Below are positions 9,681 through 19,484 of a stretch of DNA of 32,469 nucleotides, one piece after another (positions within the stretch are counted from its first letter, which is position 1; each line of letters opens with the position of its first letter). This DNA is from a virus. Lineage: Duplodnaviria > Caudoviricetes. The stretch is from positions 1 to 32,469 of IMG/VR virus record IMGVR_UViG_3300044988_000216; one strand, given 5' to 3'. The notes under the pieces were generated by a model. It did no database searches. It worked only from the letters and a program-made list of their open reading frames with translations, and was not told the DNA's origin. Made by a program: the position numbers and the translations under genes.

Positions 9681-12600
9681 TTATGCCTTGTTTCGAATTC
9701 GTTGGTTTTTGTATTGAATCCGGGAAACGATCCCATTGATTCCACGTTCATCAATTGATAAACTCAATCCCTTTTGTTCACGAACGGCACGTTCAATCCC
9801 CTCCAATCGTTTTTCCATTGTTGATGTGTTGAATCGGTTTGATTCCGAAATTGAATTCACCAAAAATGGATTTCGGCCCATGTGGATTTGTTCCAACAAT
9901 GGCCGGAAACGTTTTGTTTTTTCTTTGGTGATAACGAATTCACCACGGTGAACAACACCGGCCGGTTCATATTTCCCACCATCACCCGTGTAACCACCGG
10001 ATGCAAATGAACCGGCCGCCGATTGGGCTTGGGCTTTGGCCGCAACCAAACCGGCCGCCAATGCAATCAATGTTGCCGCAATGGTGAATGGTGCCGCCGC
10101 CCCACCCTCGGCCGCCGCTTTGGATATTGCCACGGCCGAATTGGCAACCAATTCAATGGCCGCCAATGCTTGTTGGGCACGAACGAATTTTGCCCGTTTC
10201 TCATTCAATTTGGTTAAACGATCCTCCTCAATTTGTAACAATTCGGCATTCCCCTTTTCGGCAATCTTTGCGGCATCATTGATCCGTTTTTGTTGCCCGG
10301 TGATTTGGGCATCGGTTTGTGCAATTTGGGCATCGATCACGGCATTGGCCAATTGCAATGTTGCTTTGGCAACATCCTCAATTCCTTTGATGATTGCATC
10401 ACGCCGTTTTTTGGAATCCTCAATTGATGATTGGGTTAATTCATCATCCAATTGGGCCAATTGATCGTTGAAACCTTGTCGAATCTTTAAAATTTCCAAA
10501 TCGGTTTCCTTTTCAAGTAAAACACGGCCCTCCGATGTTAATTCACCGGTTGCCAATTCGGCATCACGCCGTGATTCAATTGCCGAAATTTCCAATGATT
10601 CACGTTCACCCAATGATGCCCGAACATCGGCCAAATTGGAATCCAATGCATCACGCAAATTTTGTTTTTCGGTTTGGTTTTTGGCATTTTCAAATTGTTC
10701 GAACAACAATGCACGTTGGTTCAATAATTCATTGGTGAATTGTGTTTCGTTTTCAATTTGGGTTTCGATATCGATTTGATCGATTTCGGCCAACAATTGT
10801 TGCCGTTTTTTTGCGGCATCGGTTTCGATGGTTGTGATTTCGTTGTTTGTATCATTGGCCAATTTGATTTTTTCCAATTTCCGGATTTGCTCAAATTGTT
10901 TTTCGATTTCGCCGGTTAATGTTCCGGCATCCCGGGCCTTTTGAATTCGATCGGTGATCGTGTTATCAATTGCCTCCGATTGTATTTTGGCCAATTCCAA
11001 AACACGTTTTTTTTCATCCTCCGTTGATTGTGGTTTTGATAACTCAATCGGTTGTTGCCTAACCTCCAACGACAAATCCCGGATTTCATTTTTCAAATCG
11101 ATCAACAAATCACGCCGTTGTTCGGCCAATTTTGCGGCCGCTTTGCCGGCCTTTTCATCCACATCCGATGTGATCCGGGTTGATTTTGCGGCATTGGATG
11201 CCAATTCATCGATTGCATTTTGTGTTTCAATGATGGATTGTTCGTTTTGGGCAATTTGTTCATCGATTTGATTTCGCCGGGCACGATTCCCGGATGCCAA
11301 TGCCGCCGTTTGTTCGATGAAATCCGATGATGATAATTGCCCGGCCTTACGTTGTTGCTCCAATCGTTGGGTTTCCCGGGCAACATTTGCATCACGTTGG
11401 TTTTGCAATGTTTTTTCGGCCGCCAATTGTTTTTGGGTTTGTTCCAATCCCAATTTTTGTTCACTTAATCGAACAATTGCATTCCGGGATGCCTCCGATT
11501 CGGCCGCCGATTTGATGGATGTTGCCAATTTGATATACTCGGCATCCAATGCCGCAATGAATTTGGTTTCATCCTTTATGTTTTTGATGGTTGTGCCATA
11601 TTTGGAATTCAATTCATCAACCAATTTTTTCCGTTCGGTTGATCCGGTGTTTGCCTTTTTAATTTCACCAACCAATTCATCCAATGCGGAAATTTCCTTT
11701 GCCGTTTCGGCATTGGTTATTTTTTGGGATTCGGCCAATGCCGATTGGGCATTCAACAATTGTTCGGTTGATTGTGCCGATTCATCAACGGCATCACCAA
11801 AATCGAGAAAAAATGCCGCCGCCGTTGCAACAACCGATAAAATCAAACCCAATGGGTTGGCACGAATCACGGCATTGAATGTTTTTTGTGCCGTGGTTGC
11901 AATCCCGGTTGCAACGGATTGTGCCCTCAATTGGCCCGTTAACAATCCCGTGGTGGTTGCTGCAATCCGGGTTGCACCGGTTGAAACACCCCGGGCAATT
12001 GCCAATGCACGTTCCCGGGCAACCGAAATCAATTTTTGGGCATTGGATATCAATTCAACTTGCAATGCCGTTTTTTGTTGCCCAACATAAAATGCAACGG
12101 CACCACCCAACAACAACAATGATGTTTTGTTTTCCTCAATGAATTCCGGGATTTGTCGAAATCCATCAATCAATTTGAACGCCGAATCCACGGCCGTTTC
12201 GAAAACGGGCAACAACCCGGTTCCAATATCACGTTTCAATTGTTCGAAATTTCCGGTTAATGTGGAAATCCGGCCGGCCGTTGAACCGGCCAATTTTTCG
12301 GTTAACCCAAAAAACCGGCCACCCTCCGATGTTAACGATTGGAATGCACGTTCCAAATTGGCAAATGTGATTTTTCCCTCCGATCCCAATTTTTTCACGG
12401 CCGATTCCGAAACCCCAAATTGTTTTGCAAATTCGGTGATCACGGGCACACCGGCCTCCGTTAATTGGTTGATATCCTCGGCAAACAATGTTCCTTGCAC
12501 CCGGGCTTTGCCATAAATAACGGCCAATTCATTGAAATCTTTGCCGGTTGCCGATGATACATCACCGATTCGTTGCAATGATGTTGTTAATTGATCCACC

Positions 12601-12995
12601 GGTTCACCGAATGCCAACAATGCTTTGCCGGCTTGGTTAACTTGTTCCGGTGTGAATGGTGTTTTGATCGAAAATTCCTCCAATTCGGCAAACACCTCCT
12701 TTGCCTTTTCGGCCGAACCCAAAAACGTTTCCAACGATATTTGCACCGATTCATAATCGGCAACCGCTTTGATTGCACCACGGCCAAAATCAATTGCCGA
12801 TGATGCAACCGATATTCCACCGAACGCCGCCGCCGCCCCGGTTAATGCCCGTTTCAAACCGCCCAATTGATTTTCGGCACCTTTTGTTACACCACCCAAA
12901 TCACGCAATTGTGATTTTACGGCATCCAATTCCCTTTTCAAACCGGTTGTATCGGCTTGTAAACGGAACAACACATTTTTCACACCATCGGCCAT
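9681..12995 (-). CDS. Tape measure protein (1104 aa)
   Basis: Ala-rich helical/coiled-coil sequence; N-terminal 'KTPF...' tape-measure region; C-terminal 'FASGGYTGDGGKYEPAGVVHRGEFV'; follows the frameshifted chaperone. Confidence 0.93.
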   Translation of the reverse strand: MADGVKNVLFRLQADTTGLKRELDAVKSQLRDLGGVTKGAENQLGGLKRALTGAAAAFGGISVASSAIDFGRGAIKAVADYESVQISLETFLGSAEKAKEVFAELEEFSIKTPFTPEQVNQAGKALLAFGEPVDQLTTSLQRIGDVSSATGKDFNELAVIYGKARVQGTLFAEDINQLTEAGVPVITEFAKQFGVSESAVKKLGSEGKITFANLERAFQSLTSEGGRFFGLTEKLAGSTAGRISTLTGNFEQLKRDIGTGLLPVFETAVDSAFKLIDGFRQIPEFIEENKTSLLLLGGAVAFYVGQQKTALQVELISNAQKLISVARERALAIARGVSTGATRIAATTTGLLTGQLRAQSVATGIATTAQKTFNAVIRANPLGLILSVVATAAAFFLDFGDAVDESAQSTEQLLNAQSALAESQKITNAETAKEISALDELVGEIKKANTGSTERKKLVDELNSKYGTTIKNIKDETKFIAALDAEYIKLATSIKSAAESEASRNAIVRLSEQKLGLEQTQKQLAAEKTLQNQRDANVARETQRLEQQRKAGQLSSSDFIEQTAALASGNRARRNQIDEQIAQNEQSIIETQNAIDELASNAAKSTRITSDVDEKAGKAAAKLAEQRRDLLIDLKNEIRDLSLEVRQQPIELSKPQSTEDEKKRVLELAKIQSEAIDNTITDRIQKARDAGTLTGEIEKQFEQIRKLEKIKLANDTNNEITTIETDAAKKRQQLLAEIDQIDIETQIENETQFTNELLNQRALLFEQFENAKNQTEKQNLRDALDSNLADVRASLGERESLEISAIESRRDAELATGELTSEGRVLLEKETDLEILKIRQGFNDQLAQLDDELTQSSIEDSKKRRDAIIKGIEDVAKATLQLANAVIDAQIAQTDAQITGQQKRINDAAKIAEKGNAELLQIEEDRLTKLNEKRAKFVRAQQALAAIELVANSAVAISKAAAEGGAAAPFTIAATLIALAAGLVAAKAQAQSAAGSFASGGYTGDGGKYEPAGVVHRGEFVITKEKTKRFRPLLEQIHMGRNPFLVNSISESNRFNTSTMEKRLEGIERAVREQKGLSLSIDERGINGIVSRIQYKNQRIRNKA

Positions 12996-13006
12996 GATTT
13001 CAATTT

Positions 13007-13162
13007 TTATTTTGATTCGTTTCGTTCATCCATGATCCGGAAAAACGTTGAAATGGTTTGGTAATATTCATCGGTGGATAACGATTCCAATGCTTTCATT
13101 TCGGAAACCTTGTTATCACAAATGATTTGGTTGATGTAATTTATTTGATCAATGTATTTCCC
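13007..13162 (-). CDS. Tail assembly chaperone -1 frameshift extension (gpT-like segment)
   Basis: The -1 frame relative to 13141..13734 is open from slippery G GGA AAT to a stop 12 nt before the tape measure start. Confidence 0.75.
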   Translation of the reverse strand, partial: GKYIDQINYINQIICDNKVSEMKALESLSTDEYYQTISTFFRIMDERNESK

Positions 13163-13734
13163 AATTTCAATTTGTGCAAAACCCGTTTGAATCTTTCGTT
13201 TGCCGGGCCGTTCGTTTTCAAATAATCGTGGATATCGGTTTCGGATAATTCCGAATATTTGGTTGTGATAACGAATGCCCGTTGCAAAAAAAAATCCTTT
13301 AAATCCCCATCGTTTTCCATCATTTCGGTTTTCCGGGATTTCCAAACATCATTGAAATCGTTTTCGTTTTCACCATCAATGATGAAATAACATGATGCCA
13401 ATTCCAACAATGTTTTTTCCTCCCCAATGTATTCCATCCGGAATTCCATTTCGGCCAAAATATTGAACAACTCAACGATGTTCCCATTGTTTGCATGTTT
13501 TTTCATGCCCTCAATCAATGTTTTCAATTGATCTTTGTTCATGTTCATTTCGGCAAACCGGGTTGCAACCTCGGCCGATATGGCACGCCGGGCCGGGATC
13601 GTTAATGGGTTTTTGTATTCAAACCATTTGGTTCCATCCTTTGCCGTATAAACGTGATTCAATGGAATAATTGAACCGGTTATGTGGTTGGATGCAATGG
13701 TTGGTGTTTTGGGTTTTCGTTTAAACCAATTCAT
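13141..13734 (-). CDS. Tail assembly chaperone (gpG-like, 197 aa)
   Basis: Upstream of tape measure; in-frame slippery heptamer near the 3' end. Confidence 0.75.
   Translation of the reverse strand: MNWFKRKPKTPTIASNHITGSIIPLNHVYTAKDGTKWFEYKNPLTIPARRAISAEVATRFAEMNMNKDQLKTLIEGMKKHANNGNIVELFNILAEMEFRMEYIGEEKTLLELASCYFIIDGENENDFNDVWKSRKTEMMENDGDLKDFFLQRAFVITTKYSELSETDIHDYLKTNGPANERFKRVLHKLKLGNTLIK
13156..13162 (-). other. Programmed -1 ribosomal frameshift site GGGAAAT
   Basis: TTG GGA AAT gives X XXY YYZ in the correct frame; the -1 product continues GKYIDQINY... Confidence 0.75.
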
Positions 13735-13763
13735 TTTTTGCGTTTAAATTTCACCAAAAATAA

Positions 13764-15032
13764 TCATTTCAATCGAATGAAATCATTGTGAAACGTCCAA
13801 AGATAATAACGGAAACAATCCAACAAATGGGTTGATTTTGAATCACTTGTTTTATCAATATCACCGGATGATGTTGTTTCAACCGATTGCAAATCGTGAA
13901 TCAAAAATTGGCACGATGAATCAATTTTGCAATCCGGATGTTTTTGCAAAATCGAATTGAGCAAAACCCGGGAATTTTTGATTGATGGGTTAACCGATGG
14001 AACCCGGAACGCCGATTTTGGCAAATCCAATTCATCCCGGATGATCATGTAATAATTCAATGTGCCCTTTGTCATTGCCGAACGATTGGCACCGGATGCA
14101 TCACCCGTTACCAAATAAAACACATCCCCAAATTCGGCCCGGATGGTTTGGCACAATTGGTAAATGTCCGAATTCCTCAATCGGAATTCCCGGATGATTT
14201 GGATTGAATCACCGAACGATTGGCCGGCAATGCATGTGATTGGATCAACATTGAAATCGAATGATAAAATGATCGGTTCGTTTTTTTTGATTTCCAATCC
14301 CGGTTTCACGGTTTTGAACTTATTGAACCCGTATGCAAACGGCCGTTCCACATCCACAACATCCCAATCACCATTCACGAAAACGGCCCGTGTTACATCA
14401 TCCAAATTTTCCATTGCCGCCAAATATTCGGCCGGCAATGTTGGATTGTCGATCATCAATGCACGTTTGTAGAAATACGATGGGTTTAATTTCCCATCCA
14501 TTGCAGGTTCATGGAATTCCGTTTTGGGCCATTGTTGTGATGGGTTGCACGTTAACAAAATCAAACGTGGTGGTTGATTGGGGATGATATGCCGGCCAAC
14601 CCTCAATTTGCATTTTTCAAACGTTTTTTTTTGGATTTCTTGGCATTCCTCAATCAAAAAAAAATTGGTTTCCAATCCATCGAACCGGGTTAAATTTTTA
14701 TCCATGTTGAAATTTTCCGGGAAAAATTCCAATGTTGATCCATTGGTGAACGTAACAATGTGATCGGTTTGATGATATGATCGAATAAACGATTTCGGGC
14801 ACAACTTGAAAAACGTTGGAATGGTTGTTCGTTTCAACGATGGTAACGATTCACGAATCACGTGTGATTTTGAATTCGGAAATATTTTTGCCAATGATAT
14901 CAATGTTGCCAACGAAACGAATGTTTTGCCACCGCCGGCCGCCCCACCAAACATCAAACATTCGTGTTTGAATGAAAACACGGCATCCATGAATTCCAAT
15001 TGTTTTTGATGTGGTTGAAATGCAATTTTCAT
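13764..15032 (-). CDS. terL: Terminase large subunit
   Basis: 'PHQKQ' Q-motif, Walker A GGAAGGGKT, Walker B-like FLIEECQE, 'LTCNP' motif III, nuclease 'SFDFN' and 'HLLDCFRY'. Confidence 0.95.
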   Translation of the reverse strand: MKIAFQPHQKQLEFMDAVFSFKHECLMFGGAAGGGKTFVSLATLISLAKIFPNSKSHVIRESLPSLKRTTIPTFFKLCPKSFIRSYHQTDHIVTFTNGSTLEFFPENFNMDKNLTRFDGLETNFFLIEECQEIQKKTFEKCKLRVGRHIIPNQPPRLILLTCNPSQQWPKTEFHEPAMDGKLNPSYFYKRALMIDNPTLPAEYLAAMENLDDVTRAVFVNGDWDVVDVERPFAYGFNKFKTVKPGLEIKKNEPIILSFDFNVDPITCIAGQSFGDSIQIIREFRLRNSDIYQLCQTIRAEFGDVFYLVTGDASGANRSAMTKGTLNYYMIIRDELDLPKSAFRVPSVNPSIKNSRVLLNSILQKHPDCKIDSSCQFLIHDLQSVETTSSGDIDKTSDSKSTHLLDCFRYYLWTFHNDFIRLK

Positions 15033-15280
15033 GATCCCATCATCATTTTATCGATCACATCGATGGATGCAATGATCCAAAACGAACGGCCATTTGCCAA
15101 ATGAACAATGGTTGTGTTTTCACCATTGAAATCATCACATTCGATCCACGTGATGATTTGATCCAAAACAATCCTCATTGGGATGATTTCATGATCATTG
15201 GAAACATCGATCCCCAATTTTTCGAATTGTTCCCGGTTCATGGAATCAAAAATCCCCCGGCAAATCAAAACATCCCTCAT
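15029..15280 (-). CDS. Hypothetical protein (83 aa)
   Basis: ATGA overlaps on both sides. Confidence 0.7.
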   Translation of the reverse strand: MRDVLICRGIFDSMNREQFEKLGIDVSNDHEIIPMRIVLDQIITWIECDDFNGENTTIVHLANGRSFWIIASIDVIDKMMMGS

Positions 15281-15513
15281 ATTTCCAAACTCAATCGATC
15301 CATCAAAACGTTGTGAACATCAACCCAAAATTGGATTGATCCATTATCCATTGATTGATGGTTTTTGTAGGTGATGCCGGAATCGATGCATTCATCAATT
15401 TTCAATTCCACGTGTTTGATTGCATTGGAAACACCGTGGTGTTTATCAATCATTTTATCGGCCGTTTCAATCACGGCATTGGAAACATCAATCATTGGAT
15501 TTTGGTTTTTCAA
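15277..15513 (-). CDS. Hypothetical protein (78 aa)
   Basis: Packed in the operon with overlapping neighbours. Confidence 0.65.
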   Translation of the reverse strand: MKNQNPMIDVSNAVIETADKMIDKHHGVSNAIKHVELKIDECIDSGITYKNHQSMDNGSIQFWVDVHNVLMDRLSLEI

Positions 15514-15709
15514 ATTTAACCAAATGGTTCAAAATTGCATCCTCCGATTTGGTTTTTGGATTCGATTGGCCCAATTCAAAAACCCGGATGATCATATCAT
15601 GTTCAACCTCCAATAAATTTTCGATTTTGAAATAAAGTTGAACCGGGATGGTTCCATCATCAATCATGGAAATGTAATCCAACAATTGGTTCAATGGTGT
15701 TTTTGCCAT
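15488..15709 (-). CDS. Hypothetical protein (73 aa)
   Basis: TAATG overlap with the terS stop. Confidence 0.65.
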   Translation of the reverse strand: MAKTPLNQLLDYISMIDDGTIPVQLYFKIENLLEVEHDMIIRVFELGQSNPKTKSEDAILNHLVKFEKPKSND

Positions 15710-16200
15710 TAATTGAATTCGATGATTTGATCCCCAATTTTGAACACTTGTTTTTCGCCGGAAACATCAACATTGATTTGATCACCCCAATTTGCCGGAT
15801 CGGTGTTTTTCAATGCAAAAATCACGGCCGTTGGATTCGGCCCAACATAACGCCGTTTTTTCATCACACGTTTCCCATTCAATTGGCCGGTTTTGCCATA
15901 AATTTCCATCGTTTCGGTTTCATCAACCCAATATCCGGTGATCAACCGGGTTAAACCATCAATTGATTTTTCCCGGATTGATTCTTTGCCAATTTTGTTG
16001 TGTTGTTCCTTTGCCTTTTTATAACGTTCGGAAATTTCGGAATGCAAACCACACCATTGTGTGAACGTTCGAACGGAAATCCCATATTCACCACAACATG
16101 ATTCAATCGTTACATTGCCGTTTTCGTATGCCTCACAAATCAATTTCGTTTTTGATAAACGATATTTCAATGATGTGCCCGGCTTTGCCTTTTTTTTCAT
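15709..16200 (-). CDS. terS: Terminase small subunit
   Basis: N-terminal HTH-like 'TIESCCGEYGISVRTFTQW'; 'PNPTAVIFALKN...W' typical of TerS; upstream of terL. Confidence 0.8.
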   Translation of the reverse strand: MKKKAKPGTSLKYRLSKTKLICEAYENGNVTIESCCGEYGISVRTFTQWCGLHSEISERYKKAKEQHNKIGKESIREKSIDGLTRLITGYWVDETETMEIYGKTGQLNGKRVMKKRRYVGPNPTAVIFALKNTDPANWGDQINVDVSGEKQVFKIGDQIIEFN

Positions 16201-16256
16201 GTTTCCAATTTTTCGGCCGATGGATTGGCCCGGTGATGTTTACGGATTTGATCCCG

Positions 16257-16538
16257 TTATTGTTTGCAATATGCATCAAAAAATGCATGTGCATTCACTT
16301 TTGTTGCATGCCGTTCATTTTGATTCCAATGTTTTGAAAACTCAATCCAAATCCAATTGAAATGGTTAAAAATTGGAATGGATTTCAATTCCTCCGATGA
16401 ATCCCAATCATAACCAAACAATGTTTCGGTGAAATGATATTCAATGTTATTCCATTCATTAATCACCTTTTCACGTTCACGTTTTAATTGTGATTTCGGA
16501 ATTTTCCGCAAATATTGTTTTTGAAAAATTGAACTCAT
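16257..16538 (-). CDS. Hypothetical protein (93 aa)
   Basis: ATGA overlap with the upstream gene. Confidence 0.65.
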   Translation of the reverse strand: MSSIFQKQYLRKIPKSQLKREREKVINEWNNIEYHFTETLFGYDWDSSEELKSIPIFNHFNWIWIEFSKHWNQNERHATKVNAHAFFDAYCKQ

Positions 16539-16927
16539 GAAAATAATTGTGTTTGTTGGAATCGGTTTTGCATTTCAAAAATTTGCCGTTCGGCCTTTTC
16601 CCGGATTTCCCGGATTGCGTTTTCCCGGGATTTCAATGAATCAACCCATTGTTGGATTTCATCGATTGTTTCCGCAACATAATAACCACGTGATGTTGCA
16701 ACCAAACCCATCACCAAATTGTTCAATCGGATGTATTGAATCATTTTTCGGATTCGTGATTCCTTGAAATCAATTTTCAAATGGTTGTTGATCCCAATTC
16801 GGATTTGTTCACCGGTTACAATGTTGCGTTTTCCCTTTAAAACATTGAAACGTTTAACAATTGTTTCAACCACAAATTTTTCCTCATTGGTTAATTCGAA
16901 TGTGAAATCCTCAAAATTATTGATCAT
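16535..16927 (-). CDS. Putative winged-helix DNA-binding protein (130 aa)
   Basis: 'ESRIRKMIQYIR...LVATSRGYY' resembles a wHTH recognition helix plus wing. Confidence 0.6.
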   Translation of the reverse strand: MINNFEDFTFELTNEEKFVVETIVKRFNVLKGKRNIVTGEQIRIGINNHLKIDFKESRIRKMIQYIRLNNLVMGLVATSRGYYVAETIDEIQQWVDSLKSRENAIREIREKAERQIFEMQNRFQQTQLFS

Positions 16928-17084
16928 GATTTGGGTTTTTTTGATTCATCAATTTCAATTTCCGATCCTCCCAACGTTTGATTTGATTATCAATTGCATT
17001 CCGTTGTTTCAACAAAAATTGAATGTTCCGTTCGGCAATTTCAATTCCACCATCGATTGAATTTTGTGTTTTAAAAAATTTCAT
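16917..17084 (-). CDS. Small coiled-coil hypothetical protein (55 aa), absent from the ORF track
   Basis: Hand translation MKFFKTQNSIDGGIEIAERNIQFLLKQRNAIDNQIKRWEDRKLKLMNQKNPNHDQ*; ATGA overlap with the upstream stop; fills the gap. Confidence 0.7.
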   Translation of the reverse strand: MKFFKTQNSIDGGIEIAERNIQFLLKQRNAIDNQIKRWEDRKLKLMNQKNPNHDQ

Positions 17085-17308
17085 GATTGTGATTGTTTAA
17101 CATCATCGTGTTTCAATTCCCTCCATGTGTAATCAATCAAATATAACCTCAACCGGGCAAATAAAAATGCCAATGCATCGGCCGTTCCGGATTTAACAAA
17201 AACAACTTTGCAAACGTAAACGATGGATGTTTTAATTGCAATTGATGCAATAATGATCATGAAAATTGGGAATGCCCAAATCATTGCAATTTTTGAAATT
17301 ATGTTCAT
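17081..17308 (-). CDS. Small membrane protein (75 aa)
   Basis: Hydrophobic N-terminal half; ATGA overlaps. Confidence 0.6.
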   Translation of the reverse strand: MNIISKIAMIWAFPIFMIIIASIAIKTSIVYVCKVVFVKSGTADALAFLFARLRLYLIDYTWRELKHDDVKQSQS

Positions 17309-17634
17309 TGGTTTTGGTTTTTCGGTGTTAACATGATGAAATTTTCGGCAATGATATTTGTTGCACGTTGTTTTGATCCATCATTTGCAATATATTCCCG
17401 GATTTCAATTTCACCCTCAATGTGAACTTTGTGCCCTTTTTTGATGTACTTATTGGCCAATTCGGCCAATTTGCCAAATGTTGCAATCCGGAACCATGTT
17501 GTTTGTTCAACCGGTTCATCATTTTTTTTGATTCGTTTTGTAACGGCAATGTTGAAATTGCACACGGTTGTTGTGTTGATTTGTTTGAATTCAACATCGG
17601 AACCAACGTTCCCAATTAAAAATACTTTGTTCAT
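17305..17634 (-). CDS. ssb: Single-stranded DNA-binding protein
   Basis: 'MNKVFLIGNVG', 'TTWFRI', 'KKGHKVHIEGEI' OB-fold motifs; start moved to the ATG overlapping the upstream stop. Confidence 0.93.
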   Translation of the reverse strand: MNKVFLIGNVGSDVEFKQINTTTVCNFNIAVTKRIKKNDEPVEQTTWFRIATFGKLAELANKYIKKGHKVHIEGEIEIREYIANDGSKQRATNIIAENFIMLTPKNQNQ

Positions 17635-17876
17635 TTTACGATTTTGATTGGTGATTGAATGATTGGGGATTTTTCGATTATGATTTTGTGATGTTTCATC
17701 CACATTTCAAAATTAAAATTCATCGGATGGATTGCACGATCGATTGGGTTTCCGTTTTCATCGGTTTTTGGGTTTCCGTTTTCATCCATTGCCGGTTCAA
17801 TTTTGCATTCCCGGATGAACTCACGTTGCAACATCATGATGATTGCATTGCCGAAATTGATTTGTTCGTTTTTCAT
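17631..17876 (-). CDS. Hypothetical protein (81 aa) with DENGNP x2 repeat
   Basis: Overlapping start and stop with neighbours. Confidence 0.65.
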   Translation of the reverse strand: MKNEQINFGNAIIMMLQREFIRECKIEPAMDENGNPKTDENGNPIDRAIHPMNFNFEMWMKHHKIIIEKSPIIQSPIKIVK

Positions 17877-18754
17877 TTATATTGAATTGTGGGTTTAATT
17901 GCGGCAACCATTTCACGCAAACATCCATTTGAATCTTTAATCTTATTGAAAAACTCACGAATGGCAATTTCACGTGATTTGTTCACAACCATATCATGGT
18001 GCCCAATGTGATGTTGCCCGGATTCAATTGCCGATTTCATGGAATTGAAAACCCGTAATTTTTCCAATGTATCACATTGAGGATTTTCGATTTGAACATT
18101 GATCACCTTTTGTGCATGTTCGAAAATTTCACGTTTTTTTTCGGCCGTTAAAACCAAAATGCACAATTGGTTTTCCAAAACATCGAACATTTGCCGGATC
18201 GAATAATGTTTGAAATTGATTTTTCCGGTAACGGCATAATAATCCCAAACATCGAACAAACATTTTTCGATGTATTCCCAAAACATTCGTTGTTTATCAT
18301 CCACGGTTAATTCATCCGATTGGTTCATTTCGTTCAATTTGATTAATTGTTGGTTGTATTCATTCAATGCCGATTGTTGGGCCTTTTTAAATGCATGCAT
18401 CACATCGGCCAAATAAACGGCCGAAAAATTTTGGTAATGGGTAATATCAACATCGATTTTTTTGGTTGCGGCCAATCGAAATGATAATGCCAATTCCTCC
18501 GATGAAAAATTTTTCAATTCGGTTTTGATGAAATCGATTAAAACGATTTTTTGGATTTCGGATGGGAAATGTTCGGGTTTCAAACCAATCAATGTGAAAA
18601 TATATCGTAAAGATTGCCGGATCGGTTCATCATCGGTTAAATCCCGGATCGGTTTTGAATTCAATTTTGTTTCAACGATTTCACGGCCGTTAAAAGTTAC
18701 GAACCGCATCATCGAAATTTGGTTTTGATTTTGGGTTGTTAATGTTGTTTCCAT
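17873..18754 (-). CDS. Hypothetical replication-associated protein (possible helicase loader)
   Basis: 293-aa ORF directly after the initiator, the lambda P position; function from context only. Confidence 0.5.
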   Translation of the reverse strand: METTLTTQNQNQISMMRFVTFNGREIVETKLNSKPIRDLTDDEPIRQSLRYIFTLIGLKPEHFPSEIQKIVLIDFIKTELKNFSSEELALSFRLAATKKIDVDITHYQNFSAVYLADVMHAFKKAQQSALNEYNQQLIKLNEMNQSDELTVDDKQRMFWEYIEKCLFDVWDYYAVTGKINFKHYSIRQMFDVLENQLCILVLTAEKKREIFEHAQKVINVQIENPQCDTLEKLRVFNSMKSAIESGQHHIGHHDMVVNKSREIAIREFFNKIKDSNGCLREMVAAIKPTIQYK

Positions 18755-19484
18755 TTGGTTTTGCGTTTTTGTTTGATAACCATTTTTTGCACGTTAAAAA
18801 TACGGATGAATATTTTGAAATCAATGGTTTGTAATTTTCCATCGAATCCAATGTTTCAATCACGTTTTTGAACCCGAATGTTTCATCCAATTTTTCGGCA
18901 TCGGAAATTTTCAATTGGGTTTTCAATTTTTTGATGTTTGGGCAATTTTTGGTGATGTGATCAATGATTGGATGAAAAACATTTTCATCAACAATAATAT
19001 CATTATTGTTATTTAATGAAGATGAAAATGAAAATGAAGATGAAAGGGTTGGTTTTTGGTTGGAATTTTGGTTAACCAAATGTTCAACCTTTTTTGAACC
19101 TTTTTTCACCAATTTTGGGTTTCCTCCCAATTTGCCGGATTCCCTCCGAACCTTACGCAACCGTTCATCCCCAACCATTCGTTTTGAATAAAATTGCCCG
19201 GATTCGTTTTCCTTTATGATTCCAAAATGTTTCAATTCATGGAACACCTTTTGGAATTTTTTTGGATTCAAATTGGATAACTTTTGGATTCCTTTTGCAT
19301 CCAAAAACACATCCGAAACCATCAAAAAACCACGTTCATTTGCCATGTGCATGTGGCACAATAAATCAATCCAAACACCACGGGTTTCCGGTGAACACAT
19401 CCGCAATGATGTATCGGTTAACCAATCACCGGGATAAAATTGAAACGATGGTAAACGTTCCGATGAATTTTTTGGTGTTTTCAT
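18690..19484 (-). CDS. Phage replication initiator-like protein (DUF1376/YdaU-like N-terminus)
   Basis: 'PSFQFYPGDWL...RGVWIDLLCHM', 'SKRM...GKLGGNP', Ser-rich linker 'LSSSFSFSSS'. Confidence 0.75.
   Translation of the reverse strand: MKTPKNSSERLPSFQFYPGDWLTDTSLRMCSPETRGVWIDLLCHMHMANERGFLMVSDVFLDAKGIQKLSNLNPKKFQKVFHELKHFGIIKENESGQFYSKRMVGDERLRKVRRESGKLGGNPKLVKKGSKKVEHLVNQNSNQKPTLSSSFSFSSSLNNNNDIIVDENVFHPIIDHITKNCPNIKKLKTQLKISDAEKLDETFGFKNVIETLDSMENYKPLISKYSSVFLTCKKWLSNKNAKPNGNNINNPKSKPNFDDAVRNF

Noticed and set aside
11317-12090. Long plus-strand ORFs (257 aa here, 212 aa at 31621-32259, many others)
   Set aside because: Antisense shadows of real minus-strand genes; scarcity of TAG lengthens them; no leaders or motifs
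13163-13345. Independent start for the 112-aa ORF
   Set aside because: Overlaps the chaperone by about 200 nt; better explained by the -1 frameshift
14630-14670. TerL Walker B 'EE' instead of 'DE' as a sign of inactivation
   Set aside because: Conservative change with all other motifs intact
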